Assembly: GCA_964398655.1 (NCBI GenBank)
Contig: CAYNNG010000001.1
Coordinates: 27,182 to 91,181 of the forward strand
Source: an uncultured Oscillospiraceae bacterium
GTDB taxonomy: Bacteria; Bacillota; Clostridia; Saccharofermentanales; DTU023
Length of the DNA stretch: 64,000 nucleotides
Direction: 5' to 3'
A model generated the notes under the pieces. The model ran no database searches. It saw only the letters and a program-made list of their open reading frames with translations, and was not told the origin of the DNA. The position numbers were made by a program, and so were the translations under genes. Below are positions 26,647 through 36,393 of the stretch, one piece after another (position 1 is the first letter of the stretch; each line of letters begins with the position of its first letter).

Positions 26647-26821
26647 GGGCTTAAACCGCCTTCGTTATCGTAAAGATTTTAATTATTGCCTTTGCGCTTT
26701 TGTGAAGTGGACGCTTCTAGTTCACTTCAGCTTGCACCTCGCTCATTATAACCAAAATCGCCAACCATAAGTTCGCGACCAAATCGTCCGCCCTAAGCCT
26801 AAGTGACCAGGCTTTGCTATA

Positions 26822-27397
26822 ATGGGCTTTATGGCAAGTAACAGGAGGACCAGCGCCTCTCCCCGTTCTGGGCAAAAACTCCCTAAAGTCCGGGCTCCGC
26901 AAAACCCGGACAAATTTCGGCCATGGCGTCTGCTACTAAAGCTGCTCGTGGGGCTTTATTTACTTGTACTCTATTTTACCTTCACCTTTAAATGGATACC
27001 GGTGGTCCATCCCCTCGCGGATTTCCAGCTTAAGCCCTTGCCCTTGCAGGACACCCCTCCCCTCAACCTTGTCCTTTTCCACTCCATTTCCCGCTATTGG
27101 CAGAGCCTGAAAAATGACCCCTTCCACCATGCCAGCATCTTAAATCTCTGGGGCAATATTGTGGCCTTTGTTCCCCTCGGCCTCTTGATGCCCCTGTCCC
27201 TCGCCGGTAACCTTGCTTACCTGCGCAGTCTGCTGACTGGTCTTTTACTTACCCTAAGCATAGAATTGACTCAATTAGTTTTAGCGGTTGGCGTTTGGGA
27301 TATAGATGATATACTCTTAAACTTAACCGGTGTGTTAGTGGGACTGATACTTTCAGTCCCTTTAAAATTTTGCTTGGCCAAATATATTAGGGAGTAA
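26822..27397 (+). CDS. VanZ family membrane protein
   Basis: NLWGNIVAFVPLGLLMP..SIELTQLVLAVGVWDIDDILLNLTGVLVG. Confidence 0.8.
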   Translation: MGFMASNRRTSASPRSGQKLPKVRAPQNPDKFRPWRLLLKLLVGLYLLVLYFTFTFKWIPVVHPLADFQLKPLPLQDTPPLNLVLFHSISRYWQSLKNDPFHHASILNLWGNIVAFVPLGLLMPLSLAGNLAYLRSLLTGLLLTLSIELTQLVLAVGVWDIDDILLNLTGVLVGLILSVPLKFCLAKYIRE

Positions 27398-27407
27398 GAA
27401 CTGGTAA

Positions 27408-28790
27408 ATGAACGAGATTGTGTTGGATACTGAGGAAAAGAGCATTTTTAAACGGCAATTTTGGGAGCTGGCCTACCCGAGTATTATCGCTTTTACCCTT
27501 CAGGGCTTTTACGACATCATCGACATGATGTGGGTAGGTAAAATTTCCAAGGAAGCTATCGCGGGGGTTACCCTCTTCTCCGTAATTTATGCCCTATTCG
27601 GGGTGCTGAATGAGGTAGCCGGCGCTTCTTCCGTCTCCATGATTTCCCAGTCCTACGGCCGCGGCACGGAAGAAAGAACCCAGACCATTTCTGAGCAGAC
27701 CATTTCTTTTAAAATCGTCCTGGCCATCATTACGGGAACCCTGATTTACCTGACCCTGGACCCTATTCTCAACTGGTTTTCTTCCGACCCCCTGGTCATC
27801 CAGGCCGCTAAAGATTACGGAATTATCCGCATCTTTGCCCTGCCTGTAGCCTTTTCCTCCTATTCGGTCAACACCATCTTTCGCTGCACCGGCGACTCTA
27901 AAACGCCCATGAAGATCATGCTGATTGCCACGGTCATCAACATGATCCTAGACCCCCTGCTCATGTTTGAAACCCTTACCATCGGCAGCCTAAAACTGCA
28001 AGGTTATGGCTTGGGTGTTTACGGAGCGGGCCTAGCCACGGTAATTTCCATCTGTATCTCCTTCGGCCTAGGCTTCTTCATCCTTGTAACCGGCCGTCGG
28101 GATGTGACCATCAGCATGCGGGGGCTCTTGCGTCTGGATAAGGAAATTGACCTTCAGCTCCTGTCCATCGGTCTGCCTGCCGGTGGCCAGCTCCTCATCC
28201 GTCAAGCCTTCAACACCCTGCTCATGGGCTTTATCACCTCTTACGGCACCCTAGCCGTGACCATCTTTGGCCTAGGCAACAAGCTGGTACAATTCTCCTT
28301 CTCCTCCATGGCCGGCTTCTCCTTTGCCGGATCCACCATGGTGGGTCATGCCTTGGGCCGCGAGCACGTGGAAGAGGCCTCCTACTTAGCTAGAGTTGCA
28401 ACTACCATCATTGTAAGCATCATTGGCACCATCGCCGGCCTCGCCATGATCTTCCCCGCCACTTTCCTGGGCTTCTTTAACAAAGATCCCGAAGTCTTAA
28501 CCGCAGGCAGCCCCATGCTCCGCTGGCTGGCCGGCTCCATGATAATCGCCGCCTTCGGCTCCGGCATGCGGATCGTCTTCTCCGGATCCGGCTTCAACCG
28601 CCCCGTCCTCATCTCCACCATCATCTCCCGCTGGCTGGTCCAACTCCCCCTCATGTATGTCCTAGTCAAGCTCCTGCAAGTCCCCCTCAACTCCCTCTGG
28701 ATATCCTTCGTAATCGCCGAGCTGGCCGACTTATCCGTGGTAATCTACTACTTCCGCCGCGGCGACTGGAAGCTAAAAAGGGTGGGCTAG
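27408..28790 (+). CDS. MATE family efflux transporter
   Basis: 460 aa, about 12 TM helices, with the typical N-terminus (FWELAYPSIIAFTLQGFYDIIDMMWVGKISKEAIAG). Confidence 0.88.
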   Translation: MNEIVLDTEEKSIFKRQFWELAYPSIIAFTLQGFYDIIDMMWVGKISKEAIAGVTLFSVIYALFGVLNEVAGASSVSMISQSYGRGTEERTQTISEQTISFKIVLAIITGTLIYLTLDPILNWFSSDPLVIQAAKDYGIIRIFALPVAFSSYSVNTIFRCTGDSKTPMKIMLIATVINMILDPLLMFETLTIGSLKLQGYGLGVYGAGLATVISICISFGLGFFILVTGRRDVTISMRGLLRLDKEIDLQLLSIGLPAGGQLLIRQAFNTLLMGFITSYGTLAVTIFGLGNKLVQFSFSSMAGFSFAGSTMVGHALGREHVEEASYLARVATTIIVSIIGTIAGLAMIFPATFLGFFNKDPEVLTAGSPMLRWLAGSMIIAAFGSGMRIVFSGSGFNRPVLISTIISRWLVQLPLMYVLVKLLQVPLNSLWISFVIAELADLSVVIYYFRRGDWKLKRVG

Positions 28791-29048
28791 GTTAGCTAAT
28801 GATTAGGCTCGCTTAGGGACTAGGCTAGCAAATGGATTGGGTGCGCTTAGCTCAAGAACTACCTCACTGCTAGCCCAGTTATTTATAGTCAATCTAGCTC
28901 AAACTGGGTTTTGCACACCTTTTTTGAGGCTGCGAAGGCCCCTGGGCGCCAGATTTTGGTTGGCAGATTTGCGCAAACTGGGTTTTGCACACCCTTTTTT
29001 GAGAGCCCGGTTGTGTAAGCCTTCTCAGATTGTGGAAACACCCATAGG

Positions 29049-29177
29049 TTTTTGAGGCTTGCCAACTTTATAGGCCGAGAACTCCCTGAGCAGTCAATGG
29101 TCTGAGACCGCATAGCTGCGCCGCGGCGCCATTGACTGCTCAGGGGCCTCGGCCTTAGGTTAAACAAGCCTCAAAAA
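29049..29177. repeat. 129-nt nested palindrome with three perfect arm pairs
   Basis: TTTTTGAGGCTTG (29049-61) pairs with CAAGCCTCAAAAA (29165-77). GGCCGAG (29073-79) pairs with CTCGGCC (29148-54). CCTGAGCAGTCAATGG (29085-100) pairs with CCATTGACTGCTCAGG (29129-44). The loop contains the palindrome CGCCGCGGCG. Confidence 0.85.
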
Positions 29178-29296
29178 CTAAGTCCAGCATAAGTGCGTTA
29201 ATTGCGCATGATCATGCGTGTTGTAGGCTTGCGATTGAATCTAATATTTAATCTTAGAATAGTTGGAGGATGGCATATTTGGGTTTTCCGCGCACG

Positions 29297-29334
29297 TATA
29301 AAAGGGGCTGCCTCGTGTTCAAGGCAGCCCCTTT
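29297..29334 (-). terminator. Rho-independent terminator downstream of ppdK (bidirectional shape)
   Basis: AAAGGGGCTGCCT (29301-13) pairs with AGGCAGCCCCTTT (29322-34). The minus-strand hairpin is followed by TTTTATA. Confidence 0.7.
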
Positions 29335-29546
29335 GCATTGGGTTACTTTCGTCTTTGGGCTTGTGTGGGCTAAGGCTTATGCAAGCCAAGCCACTAGTGT
29401 AGTGCAAGCCTAGGCAACAATGGTAGAACTAGACTGCTAATGCATGGTTACCTGCAGTGCTTAGAGGTTTAGCTGACGCTTAGCCTGCGGCGGCTGCAGT
29501 TGATGATGCATAGATGCAATGCAGCTAAGGCCCCTGCTTATACAGC

Positions 29547-32219
29547 TTAGCCTTCGATTCTGTGGCGGCCGTGCTCACGGAAGTCGACGGAGACGTAGTC
29601 TCTTGGCTTCTCAATTTGAGCTTGGGCGGCGGCCAGGATGGCGATAGGCACGCGGTAGGGTGAGCAGGATACGTAGTCGAAGTTCAGGTCGTGGCAGAGA
29701 TGGATGGATGAAGGTTCGCCACCGTGTTCACCGCAGATACCCAGATGGATATTGGGTTTGACTTCTCTGGCTTCCTGAGAGCTGATCTTGACCAGACGGC
29801 CTACGCCCTTTTGGTCCAGGATAGCGGTAGGATCGTTCTCGAAGATGCCCTTCTTGTAGTAGGTATCAAGTACGCGGCCGGCGTCATCGCGGGAGAGACC
29901 ATAGCCCATCTGGGTCAGGTCGTTGGTGCCGTAGGAGAAGAAGTCTGCGTGCTGGGCGATCTCGTCAGAGGTCAGGGCAGCGCGAGGAATCTCGATCATG
30001 GTGCCTACCAGATAGTGGAGTTCTTGGCCAGATTCTTTGATCAGCTGGTCAGCCTTTTCGGTAATGATCTTGCGCAGGAATTCCAGTTCCTTATCGACAG
30101 ATACCAGGGGTACCATGATTTCGGGGTAGACCTTGATGCCTTCTTTTTGTACGTTGAGGGCAGCGGAGATAATAGCTTCTACCTGCATCTCAGCGATTTC
30201 GGGGAAGACGATGGCCAGACGGCAGCCACGCATACCCAGCATGGGGTTGGCTTCGGCCAGGCCGTTTACAACACGCTTGATGTCGTCCAGGCTGAGGCCC
30301 ATGGCATCGGCGAGTTCCTTCATCTCAGGTTCTTCGTGAGGCAGGAATTCGTGCAGAGGGGGATCCAGGAGACGGATGGTAACAGGCAGGCCCTTCATGG
30401 CGCGGAAGATACCTTCGAAGTCGCCTCTTTGGATGGGCAGGATCTTAGCCAGAGCAGCTCTTCTCTCTTCTTCGTTCTTGGCCAGAATCATTTGACGGAA
30501 TTCAAAGATACGGTCTTTTTCGAAGAACATGTGCTCGGTACGAACGAGGCCGATACCGCCAGCACCCAGTTCCAGAGCCTTAGCGGCGTCCTTGGGTGTA
30601 TCAGCGTTGGCGCGAACGTTCATCTGACGGGTTTCGTTAGCCCAGTTGAGAACTTGGGAGAAGTAACCGGAGATGTGGGCTTCCACGGAGGGGATTTCAC
30701 CAGCGTAAACTTGGCCAGTGGTACCGTCGATGGAGATCACGTCACCCTTGTTAAAGGCTAAGTCTTTGAGATAGGCCTTACCGGCAGCTTCGTCGATGGT
30801 GAGGTCGGCACAGCCAGAGACACAGCACTTACCCATACCACGGGCTACTACAGCAGCGTGGGAGGTCATGCCGCCACGAGCGGTGAGGATACCTTCAGAA
30901 AGGTTCATGCCTTCGATATCTTCAGCGGAGGTTTCCAGACGAACCAGGATTACCTTCTTACCAGCTTCTTTGGCGACGCGGGCTTCTTCTGCGCTGAAAA
31001 CAATTTGTCCGGAAGCGGCACCAGGAGAAGCAGGCAGGCCCTTGGCGATGGGCTCAGCCTTCTTGAGGGCAGCTTCATCAAACATGGGGTGGAGGAGGGC
31101 ATCCAGGCTCTGAGGATCAATCTGCTGGAGGGCGCGTTCCTTGGTGACTATGCCTTCTTCAACCATTTCTACTGCAACTCTCATTGCGGCCTGAGCGGTA
31201 CGCTTGCCGTTACGGGTTTGCAGGATGAAGAGTTTGGAGCGCTCAATGGTGAATTCCAAGTCTTGCATGTCGCCATAGTGTTTTTCCAGGCGCTTAGCAA
31301 TGTCAGAGAACTGGTTGTAGATGTCTACGTTCCAGGTCTTCATTTCTTCCAGGTTGATAGGAGTGCGTACGCCGGCAACTACGTCTTCGCCCTGAGCATT
31401 GATCAGGAATTCGCCGTAGACCTCATTTTCACCGGTGGCAGGGTTGCGGGAGAAGGCTACGCCGGAACCGGAGTCATCGCCCATGTTGCCGAAGACCATC
31501 TCTTGAACGTTAACAGCAGTACCCCAAGAAGCAGGGATATTGTGCATTTGACGGTAGTAGATAGCACGGGGGTTGTTCCAAGAACGGAAAACAGCTTCTA
31601 CAGCTTCAATTAACTGGGTCTTGGGATCTTGAGGGAAGTCTTCTCCCTTGATCTCTTTGTAGCGGGCCAGGGAGGCTTGGGCTACTTTTTCCAGGTCGTT
31701 AGCGTCCAGCTCGGTATCTTCGGTAACGCCCTTGGCTTTTTTAGCTTCGTCCATTAAGGCTTCAAATTCGTCTTTGTGGACTTCCATGACGACGTCAGAG
31801 AACATCATGATAAAGCGGCGGTAGGCGTCGAAAGCAAAGCGGCGGTTATTGGTCAGAGTGGCTAAGCCTTCTACTACTTCGTCGTTAAGACCCAGGTTGA
31901 GGACAGTGTCCATCATGCCGGGCATGGAGGCACGGGCGCCAGAACGGACGGAAACCAAGAGAGGATTTTCTTTATCGCCCAGGGTTTTACCGGTCTGTGC
32001 TTCGAGCTTATGGAGATAGTCAAAAATTTCTGCTTGAATTTCGTCAGAAATTTTTTCACCATGTTCGTAGTAGGCCAGGCAGGCTTCTGTAGAAACTGTG
32101 AACCCATTAGGCACAGGTAAGCCTAAGCCAGTCATTTCGGCCAGGTTAGCGCCTTTACCACCGAGCAGTTCACGCATTGAAGCGTTACCTTCGGCAAACA
32201 TATAAACAAATTTTTTCAT
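29547..32219 (-). CDS. ppdK: Pyruvate, phosphate dikinase
   Basis: 890 aa. MKKFVYMFAEGNASMRELLGGKGANLAEM, phospho-His loop GGMTSHAAVVARGMG, C-terminal PEP-utilising TIM domain. Confidence 0.96.
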   Translation of the reverse strand: MKKFVYMFAEGNASMRELLGGKGANLAEMTGLGLPVPNGFTVSTEACLAYYEHGEKISDEIQAEIFDYLHKLEAQTGKTLGDKENPLLVSVRSGARASMPGMMDTVLNLGLNDEVVEGLATLTNNRRFAFDAYRRFIMMFSDVVMEVHKDEFEALMDEAKKAKGVTEDTELDANDLEKVAQASLARYKEIKGEDFPQDPKTQLIEAVEAVFRSWNNPRAIYYRQMHNIPASWGTAVNVQEMVFGNMGDDSGSGVAFSRNPATGENEVYGEFLINAQGEDVVAGVRTPINLEEMKTWNVDIYNQFSDIAKRLEKHYGDMQDLEFTIERSKLFILQTRNGKRTAQAAMRVAVEMVEEGIVTKERALQQIDPQSLDALLHPMFDEAALKKAEPIAKGLPASPGAASGQIVFSAEEARVAKEAGKKVILVRLETSAEDIEGMNLSEGILTARGGMTSHAAVVARGMGKCCVSGCADLTIDEAAGKAYLKDLAFNKGDVISIDGTTGQVYAGEIPSVEAHISGYFSQVLNWANETRQMNVRANADTPKDAAKALELGAGGIGLVRTEHMFFEKDRIFEFRQMILAKNEEERRAALAKILPIQRGDFEGIFRAMKGLPVTIRLLDPPLHEFLPHEEPEMKELADAMGLSLDDIKRVVNGLAEANPMLGMRGCRLAIVFPEIAEMQVEAIISAALNVQKEGIKVYPEIMVPLVSVDKELEFLRKIITEKADQLIKESGQELHYLVGTMIEIPRAALTSDEIAQHADFFSYGTNDLTQMGYGLSRDDAGRVLDTYYKKGIFENDPTAILDQKGVGRLVKISSQEAREVKPNIHLGICGEHGGEPSSIHLCHDLNFDYVSCSPYRVPIAILAAAQAQIEKPRDYVSVDFREHGRHRIEG

Positions 32220-32292
32220 TCTTCCTCCTATTTTCGAGAGTCTAGCCCCCCGTTTTTTTCTGTTTTTTGCTGTTTGTGCTTTTGCTGTTTGT

Positions 32293-32326
32293 CTATATAA
32301 AAGGACAGTCTAGAGGCTGTCCTTTT
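32293..32326 (-). terminator. Rho-independent terminator of glyQS
   Basis: AAAAGGACAG (32299-308) pairs with CTGTCCTTTT (32317-326). It starts 5 nt after the glyQS stop, and the minus-strand hairpin is followed by TTTTATATA. Confidence 0.75.
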
Positions 32327-32330
32327 ATGC

Positions 32331-33719
32331 TTACTTAAATTTTTCCTGCATGTAAGGCAAGAGCTCAGAAATTGGCAGACGCACCTGCTCCATCGTGTCG
32401 CGATCGCGCACGGTCACGGCCTTATCTTCCAAGCTGTCAAAGTCAAAGGTCACACAGTATGGCGTGCCAATTTCATCTTGACGCCGGTAACGCTTACCGA
32501 TGGACTGGCGGTCATCGTATTCCACCGCGAAGTGGGGACGGAGGATCTGAGCAACTTCCTCAGCCTCTTTGGCCAGCTTGGCGGATAGGGGCAGGACGGC
32601 TATCTTGACCGGAGCCAGGTCTTTATGCAGACGCAGGACAGTGCGCACATCGCCGCCTTCAAGTTCTTCCTCTTCGTAAGCGCCGCAGAGGAAGGCCAAG
32701 AAGAGACGCTCAACACCCACGGAAGGCTCTACCACGTAGGGAATGTACTTCTCATTCGTTTGAGGGTCAAAGTAGCGCAGGTCTTGCTTGGCGTGCTCCA
32801 TATGCTTACCCAGGTCGTAGTCCGTGCGGTCAGCCAGACCCCAGAGTTCGCCCCAGCCAAAGGGGAAGAGGAACTCAAAGTCTGTTGTCGCCTTGGAGTA
32901 GAAGGATAATTCCTCCGGGCTGTGGTCTCTCAGGCGGAGCATGTCTTCAGGCAAGCCCAGGTTGAGCAGCCAGTTATGGATGTACTCGCGCCAGTAGTCA
33001 AACCACTCCAGGTCCGTGTCAGGTTCGCAGAAGAATTCAATTTCCATCTGCTCAAATTCCCGGGTGCGGAAAATGAAGTTGCCCGGCGTAATTTCATTGC
33101 GGAAAGATTTACCAATTTGGGCAATACCAAAGGGGATCTTACGGCGGGAGCTGCGCTGGACATTGCGGAAGTTCACAAAAATGCCCTGGGCGGTCTCAGG
33201 CCGCAGGTAGAGCTGGGTTTGCGAATCTTCCGTAACACCCTGGAAGGTCTTGAACATGAGGTTGAACTTGCGGACATCCGTATAATCAACAGCTCCGCAG
33301 CGGGGGCAGGCGATGTGGTTATCCCGGATAATTTCTAAGAGTTCCTCATTGGACAGGCCCTCAACTTGGCGAGGCTCTCCCTTTTCTTCAAAGAAGTCCT
33401 CAATTAATTTGTCCGCCCGGTAGCGGGACCGGCAGGACTTACAGTCCACCAGGGGGTCGGAGAAGCCGGCGACGTGGCCGGAAGCTACCCACACCTCTGG
33501 ATTGAGGAGTATGCCGGAATCCAGGCCTACGTTGTGGGGATTTTCCCGCACGAAGCTCTGCCACCAGGCTTGCTTGATATTGTTCTTCAGTTCTACGCCA
33601 TAAGGGCCGTAGTCCCAGCTATTGGCGAGGCCGCCATAGATTTCCGAGCCGGGGTAGACAAAGCCGCGGTTTGAGGCTAAGGCTACCAGCTTTTCCATGG
33701 TAAGGTCAGACTGTGCCAT
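32331..33719 (-). CDS. glyQS: Glycine--tRNA ligase (homodimeric GlyQS type)
   Basis: [59 protein letters not shown]. The ATG overlaps the rpoZ stop (TAATG). Confidence 0.95.
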   Translation of the reverse strand: MAQSDLTMEKLVALASNRGFVYPGSEIYGGLANSWDYGPYGVELKNNIKQAWWQSFVRENPHNVGLDSGILLNPEVWVASGHVAGFSDPLVDCKSCRSRYRADKLIEDFFEEKGEPRQVEGLSNEELLEIIRDNHIACPRCGAVDYTDVRKFNLMFKTFQGVTEDSQTQLYLRPETAQGIFVNFRNVQRSSRRKIPFGIAQIGKSFRNEITPGNFIFRTREFEQMEIEFFCEPDTDLEWFDYWREYIHNWLLNLGLPEDMLRLRDHSPEELSFYSKATTDFEFLFPFGWGELWGLADRTDYDLGKHMEHAKQDLRYFDPQTNEKYIPYVVEPSVGVERLFLAFLCGAYEEEELEGGDVRTVLRLHKDLAPVKIAVLPLSAKLAKEAEEVAQILRPHFAVEYDDRQSIGKRYRRQDEIGTPYCVTFDFDSLEDKAVTVRDRDTMEQVRLPISELLPYMQEKFK

Positions 33720-34177
33720 TATTCGTCGTCCTCGCTCTCCATATCTTCATCCTGCTTGCCGATGATTTCCAGGAGCTGGGCGGTGAAGTCTCGGGCATTC
33801 TGCTCTTGCAGAGCTTCGGTCTCAGCCCGCTCTTGGGCCTTGCGGTCGGCGGGAGAAAGCTGGGCGGATTCCGCCAGTTTGGCTTCTTCCTGCAAGGCTT
33901 CATGCTGCTTGGCCATGGCTTGACGTTGGGCCTCTAGGCGTTCGGCTTCAACTTCCGGACGCAGGGGTACGACAACTGGGTGGTCACCCACCACATATTT
34001 AAGTTTGCTCTCAGCCAATTCCATTGAAGCTTGAGTCAGGGGGACGTTGGAGCGGCGCTCAGAAAGAGGCTGTCCGCCATCCACCAACTGCCTGGCCCGC
34101 TTAGCAGTTAAGAGAGAGAGAATATAGCGGTTTTCCACCAGGGGTAAAAGTTCTTCAACGGGTGGATCAATTAGCAT
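33719..34177 (-). CDS. rpoZ: RNA polymerase omega subunit with a ~85-aa E/A/Q-rich C-terminal extension
   Basis: [17 protein letters not shown] core at the N-terminus. 152 aa in total, with a charged helical tail. Confidence 0.85.
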   Translation of the reverse strand: MLIDPPVEELLPLVENRYILSLLTAKRARQLVDGGQPLSERRSNVPLTQASMELAESKLKYVVGDHPVVVPLRPEVEAERLEAQRQAMAKQHEALQEEAKLAESAQLSPADRKAQERAETEALQEQNARDFTAQLLEIIGKQDEDMESEDDE

Positions 34178-34388
34178 AGAGACCTCCTAATATTTGCCTT
34201 ACGGCATTTTTCTATCACTTACTTATATTTAAGTATTGTATGCCTTAGGACTATTAATTATAAGACACTTACTATTATAGTTCTAGTGTTAAGGGACCTC
34301 CGAACTGAGGTCTAGGATTTTGGCACAAAGGACAGGCTAGAAGCCAGTTTTGCTTAGGCAATTTGCCTGGTCTTCCGGGCTAATTTTC

Positions 34389-35015
34389 TTAGAATTTTTC
34401 AACGATACCTTGAATAGCGACTGCCCGGCGGAAGGACTTCAACCGTTCCACATAAAGAATATCCTCTACCGCGGAACTTGTTTCCTCCAGGCTCTCATTA
34501 ATCAGGAAATAGTCAAACTGAGGGGCTTGGCTGATTTCCTGTCTGGCCTGGGATAGGCGGCTGGCAATTTTTTCCGGAGATTCCGTGTCGCGGAATTCGA
34601 GGCGGGACCGCAGTTCCTGCAGGTTGGGAGGGGCAAGAAAGATGGTAATGGCCTGAGGCAGGGCCTGTTTTATGGCCAAGGCTCCCTTCACCGTAATGTC
34701 CAAGAAGATACTGTAGCCGGCATCCAGGCGAGCTTCAATCTGGGCCCTTGGGGTACCGTAGTAATTACCACAAAACTCATCATATTCTAAGATTTGGTCA
34801 GCGGCGATCATCTGCTGGAAATCTTCCCGGCTGACAAAGTAGTAGTCTACGCCATTTTCTTCTTGGCCGCGGGGTGGGCGCGAAGTAGCAGAAACCGAGA
34901 CCCAGGCCCGGTCTTCCTGGCTGAGGACTTCTTTAAGGACGGTACCTTTACCCACACCGGAGGGTCCAGAAATACAAACTACCAAAGGTTTTTTCTCAAG
35001 AGTCATTTTATTCAT
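34389..35015 (-). CDS. gmk: Guanylate kinase
   Basis: ISGPSGVGKGTV..TSRPPRGQEENGVDYYFVSREDF..YGT. Confidence 0.94.
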   Translation of the reverse strand: MNKMTLEKKPLVVCISGPSGVGKGTVLKEVLSQEDRAWVSVSATSRPPRGQEENGVDYYFVSREDFQQMIAADQILEYDEFCGNYYGTPRAQIEARLDAGYSIFLDITVKGALAIKQALPQAITIFLAPPNLQELRSRLEFRDTESPEKIASRLSQARQEISQAPQFDYFLINESLEETSSAVEDILYVERLKSFRRAVAIQGIVEKF

Positions 35016-35139
35016 CTCCTCTTCGCCTCTGATCTGTTAGGCAGGCACTTTCGGGGCTTATTTTAGGGCAAGCGGTCGGGATTTACCAGAGGCTATCCGG
35101 TCCCCTGCGCGGGTTAACCTGGCTTGGCTGCGGCAGGCT

Positions 35140-35448
35140 TTATTCCTCTCCACTCAGCAGTTTTTCTGGGGGCAGGGCAGACAATATCACCTGGTCAGAA
35201 TCCATGATGAGGACGGACCGGGTTTTCCGACCGGCTGTGGCATCAATCAGGGCTCCGCGGTCTCGGGCTTCTTGGATAAGCCGGCGGATCGGGGCAGCCT
35301 CCGGTAGCACAATGGCCATCAGCCGGGCGCTGGAAACAAAGGATCCATAACCCGTGGAGATAAATTCTGCCACCGGCCTTCTTGCTTCGCTAGGAGCGGG
35401 GCCAGGGACCTCGGTACTGCCAGGATAAGATTGTGCGTTTTCGTTCAT
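35140..35448 (-). CDS. remA: RemA/DUF370 family extracellular-matrix regulatory protein
   Basis: [52 protein letters not shown]. The N-terminal ~27 aa may be an over-extension. Confidence 0.85.
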   Translation of the reverse strand: MNENAQSYPGSTEVPGPAPSEARRPVAEFISTGYGSFVSSARLMAIVLPEAAPIRRLIQEARDRGALIDATAGRKTRSVLIMDSDQVILSALPPEKLLSGEE

Positions 35449-35474
35449 AACTGTGGCTGCTCCTTTCCTCTCCC

Positions 35475-36365
35475 CTACTCCAGGTTCTGGATCTGTTCAC
35501 GCAGCTGCTCAATTTGGGACTTGAGCTCCACAGCTAACTTGGTCATCTCCAGATCTTGGGATTTGGAAGCGATCGTGTTGCTTTCGCGGTTCATCTCTTG
35601 AATGAGAAAATCCAGTTTTTTACCTAAGGCCCCCTCACCAGCTAAGATTTCTCGGAATTGTTGGAAATGGCTGGCCAGCCGGGTGAGCTCTTCCGTGACA
35701 TCCGCCTTGTCGGCAAAGAGGGCAATTTCTGCCGCTACCCTTTGCCCATCGTAGAATTCCTCCTGGTCCAAGCCCAAGAGTTCTTCTACGCGAGCCAGGA
35801 GACGTTCCCGGTAACGTGCGGTGACGCCGTCTGCCCGGTCTAAAAGCTCAAAACGCAGAGTTTCCATCCGGTCTAGGCCCTGCAGGAGTCCCCTAGCGAG
35901 GTTGTCCCCTTCCACAGCCCGCATGGTGTGGAAGTCTGCCAAGCAGGCCGCCAGGCAGGTTTGAGTCAATTGGGCCAGCCTTGCTTCATCGGTAGCAGCT
36001 TCCTCCAGCCTAATCACATCTGGCAACTGGGCAATCCTCGTAGTGAGGTTAGATGGCGATTCTTCACCCAGAGCTTGGGCAATCTCGCGGTAGGCCTGGG
36101 CGTAGGCACGGGCCCGGGCCAAATCGCTGGTAATGGTCAAGCTGTCGCCCGACGTATCTTGGTAACTGACCCGCAGCTCTAGCTTGCCCCGGCTAATTTC
36201 CTCCTGGATCTGCTGGCGCCAGGCAGCCTCTAAGGGAGACAGCAAGCGGGGTGACCGCAGGGTGAGGTCAAAGTAGCGGGAGTTGACCGAGCGGAGCTCC
36301 ATGCTAAGGCTGATTTGATCTTGGTTGAGGGTGGCCCGGCCAAAGCCGGTCATACTTAAAGGCAT
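35475..36365 (-). CDS. yicC: YicC/YloC family protein (endoribonuclease family)
   Basis: [12 protein letters not shown]-terminal [13 protein letters not shown]. Gene order yicC-remA-gmk-rpoZ matches Bacillus yloC-ylzA-gmk-rpoZ. Confidence 0.88.
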   Translation of the reverse strand: MPLSMTGFGRATLNQDQISLSMELRSVNSRYFDLTLRSPRLLSPLEAAWRQQIQEEISRGKLELRVSYQDTSGDSLTITSDLARARAYAQAYREIAQALGEESPSNLTTRIAQLPDVIRLEEAATDEARLAQLTQTCLAACLADFHTMRAVEGDNLARGLLQGLDRMETLRFELLDRADGVTARYRERLLARVEELLGLDQEEFYDGQRVAAEIALFADKADVTEELTRLASHFQQFREILAGEGALGKKLDFLIQEMNRESNTIASKSQDLEMTKLAVELKSQIEQLREQIQNLE

Positions 36366-36393
36366 CTTGTTACCTCTTTTCTCTGGGTGAGTT

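Noticed and set aside
28837-29407. Track ORFs 28837-29055(+), 28889-29167(-), 29198-29407(-) and 29202-29402(+) as small proteins
   Set aside because: They overlap each other on both strands, run through palindromes and the terminator, have no RBS, and have low-complexity or Arg/Cys-rich composition unlike neighbouring genes.
29400-29546. tmRNA or tRNA-like fragment near GCAGCTAAGGCCCC and GGTAGAACTAGACTGCTAATGCATGGTTACC
   Set aside because: No acceptor-stem/T-arm pairing or tRNA-like domain could be built, and there is no GGGG 5' end or ANDENYALAA-type tag frame. It is just the 3' flank of ppdK.
29724-30761. Long antisense ORFs opposite real genes (e.g. 3549-4133, 9128-9925, 29724-30761, 38440-39126, 52916-53740, 58563-59600, 63136-63894)
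   Set aside because: These are shadow ORFs typical of GC-rich coding regions. Their sequences are low-complexity and Gly/Val/Arg-rich with no recognisable motifs, while the opposite strand encodes clearly identifiable conserved proteins.
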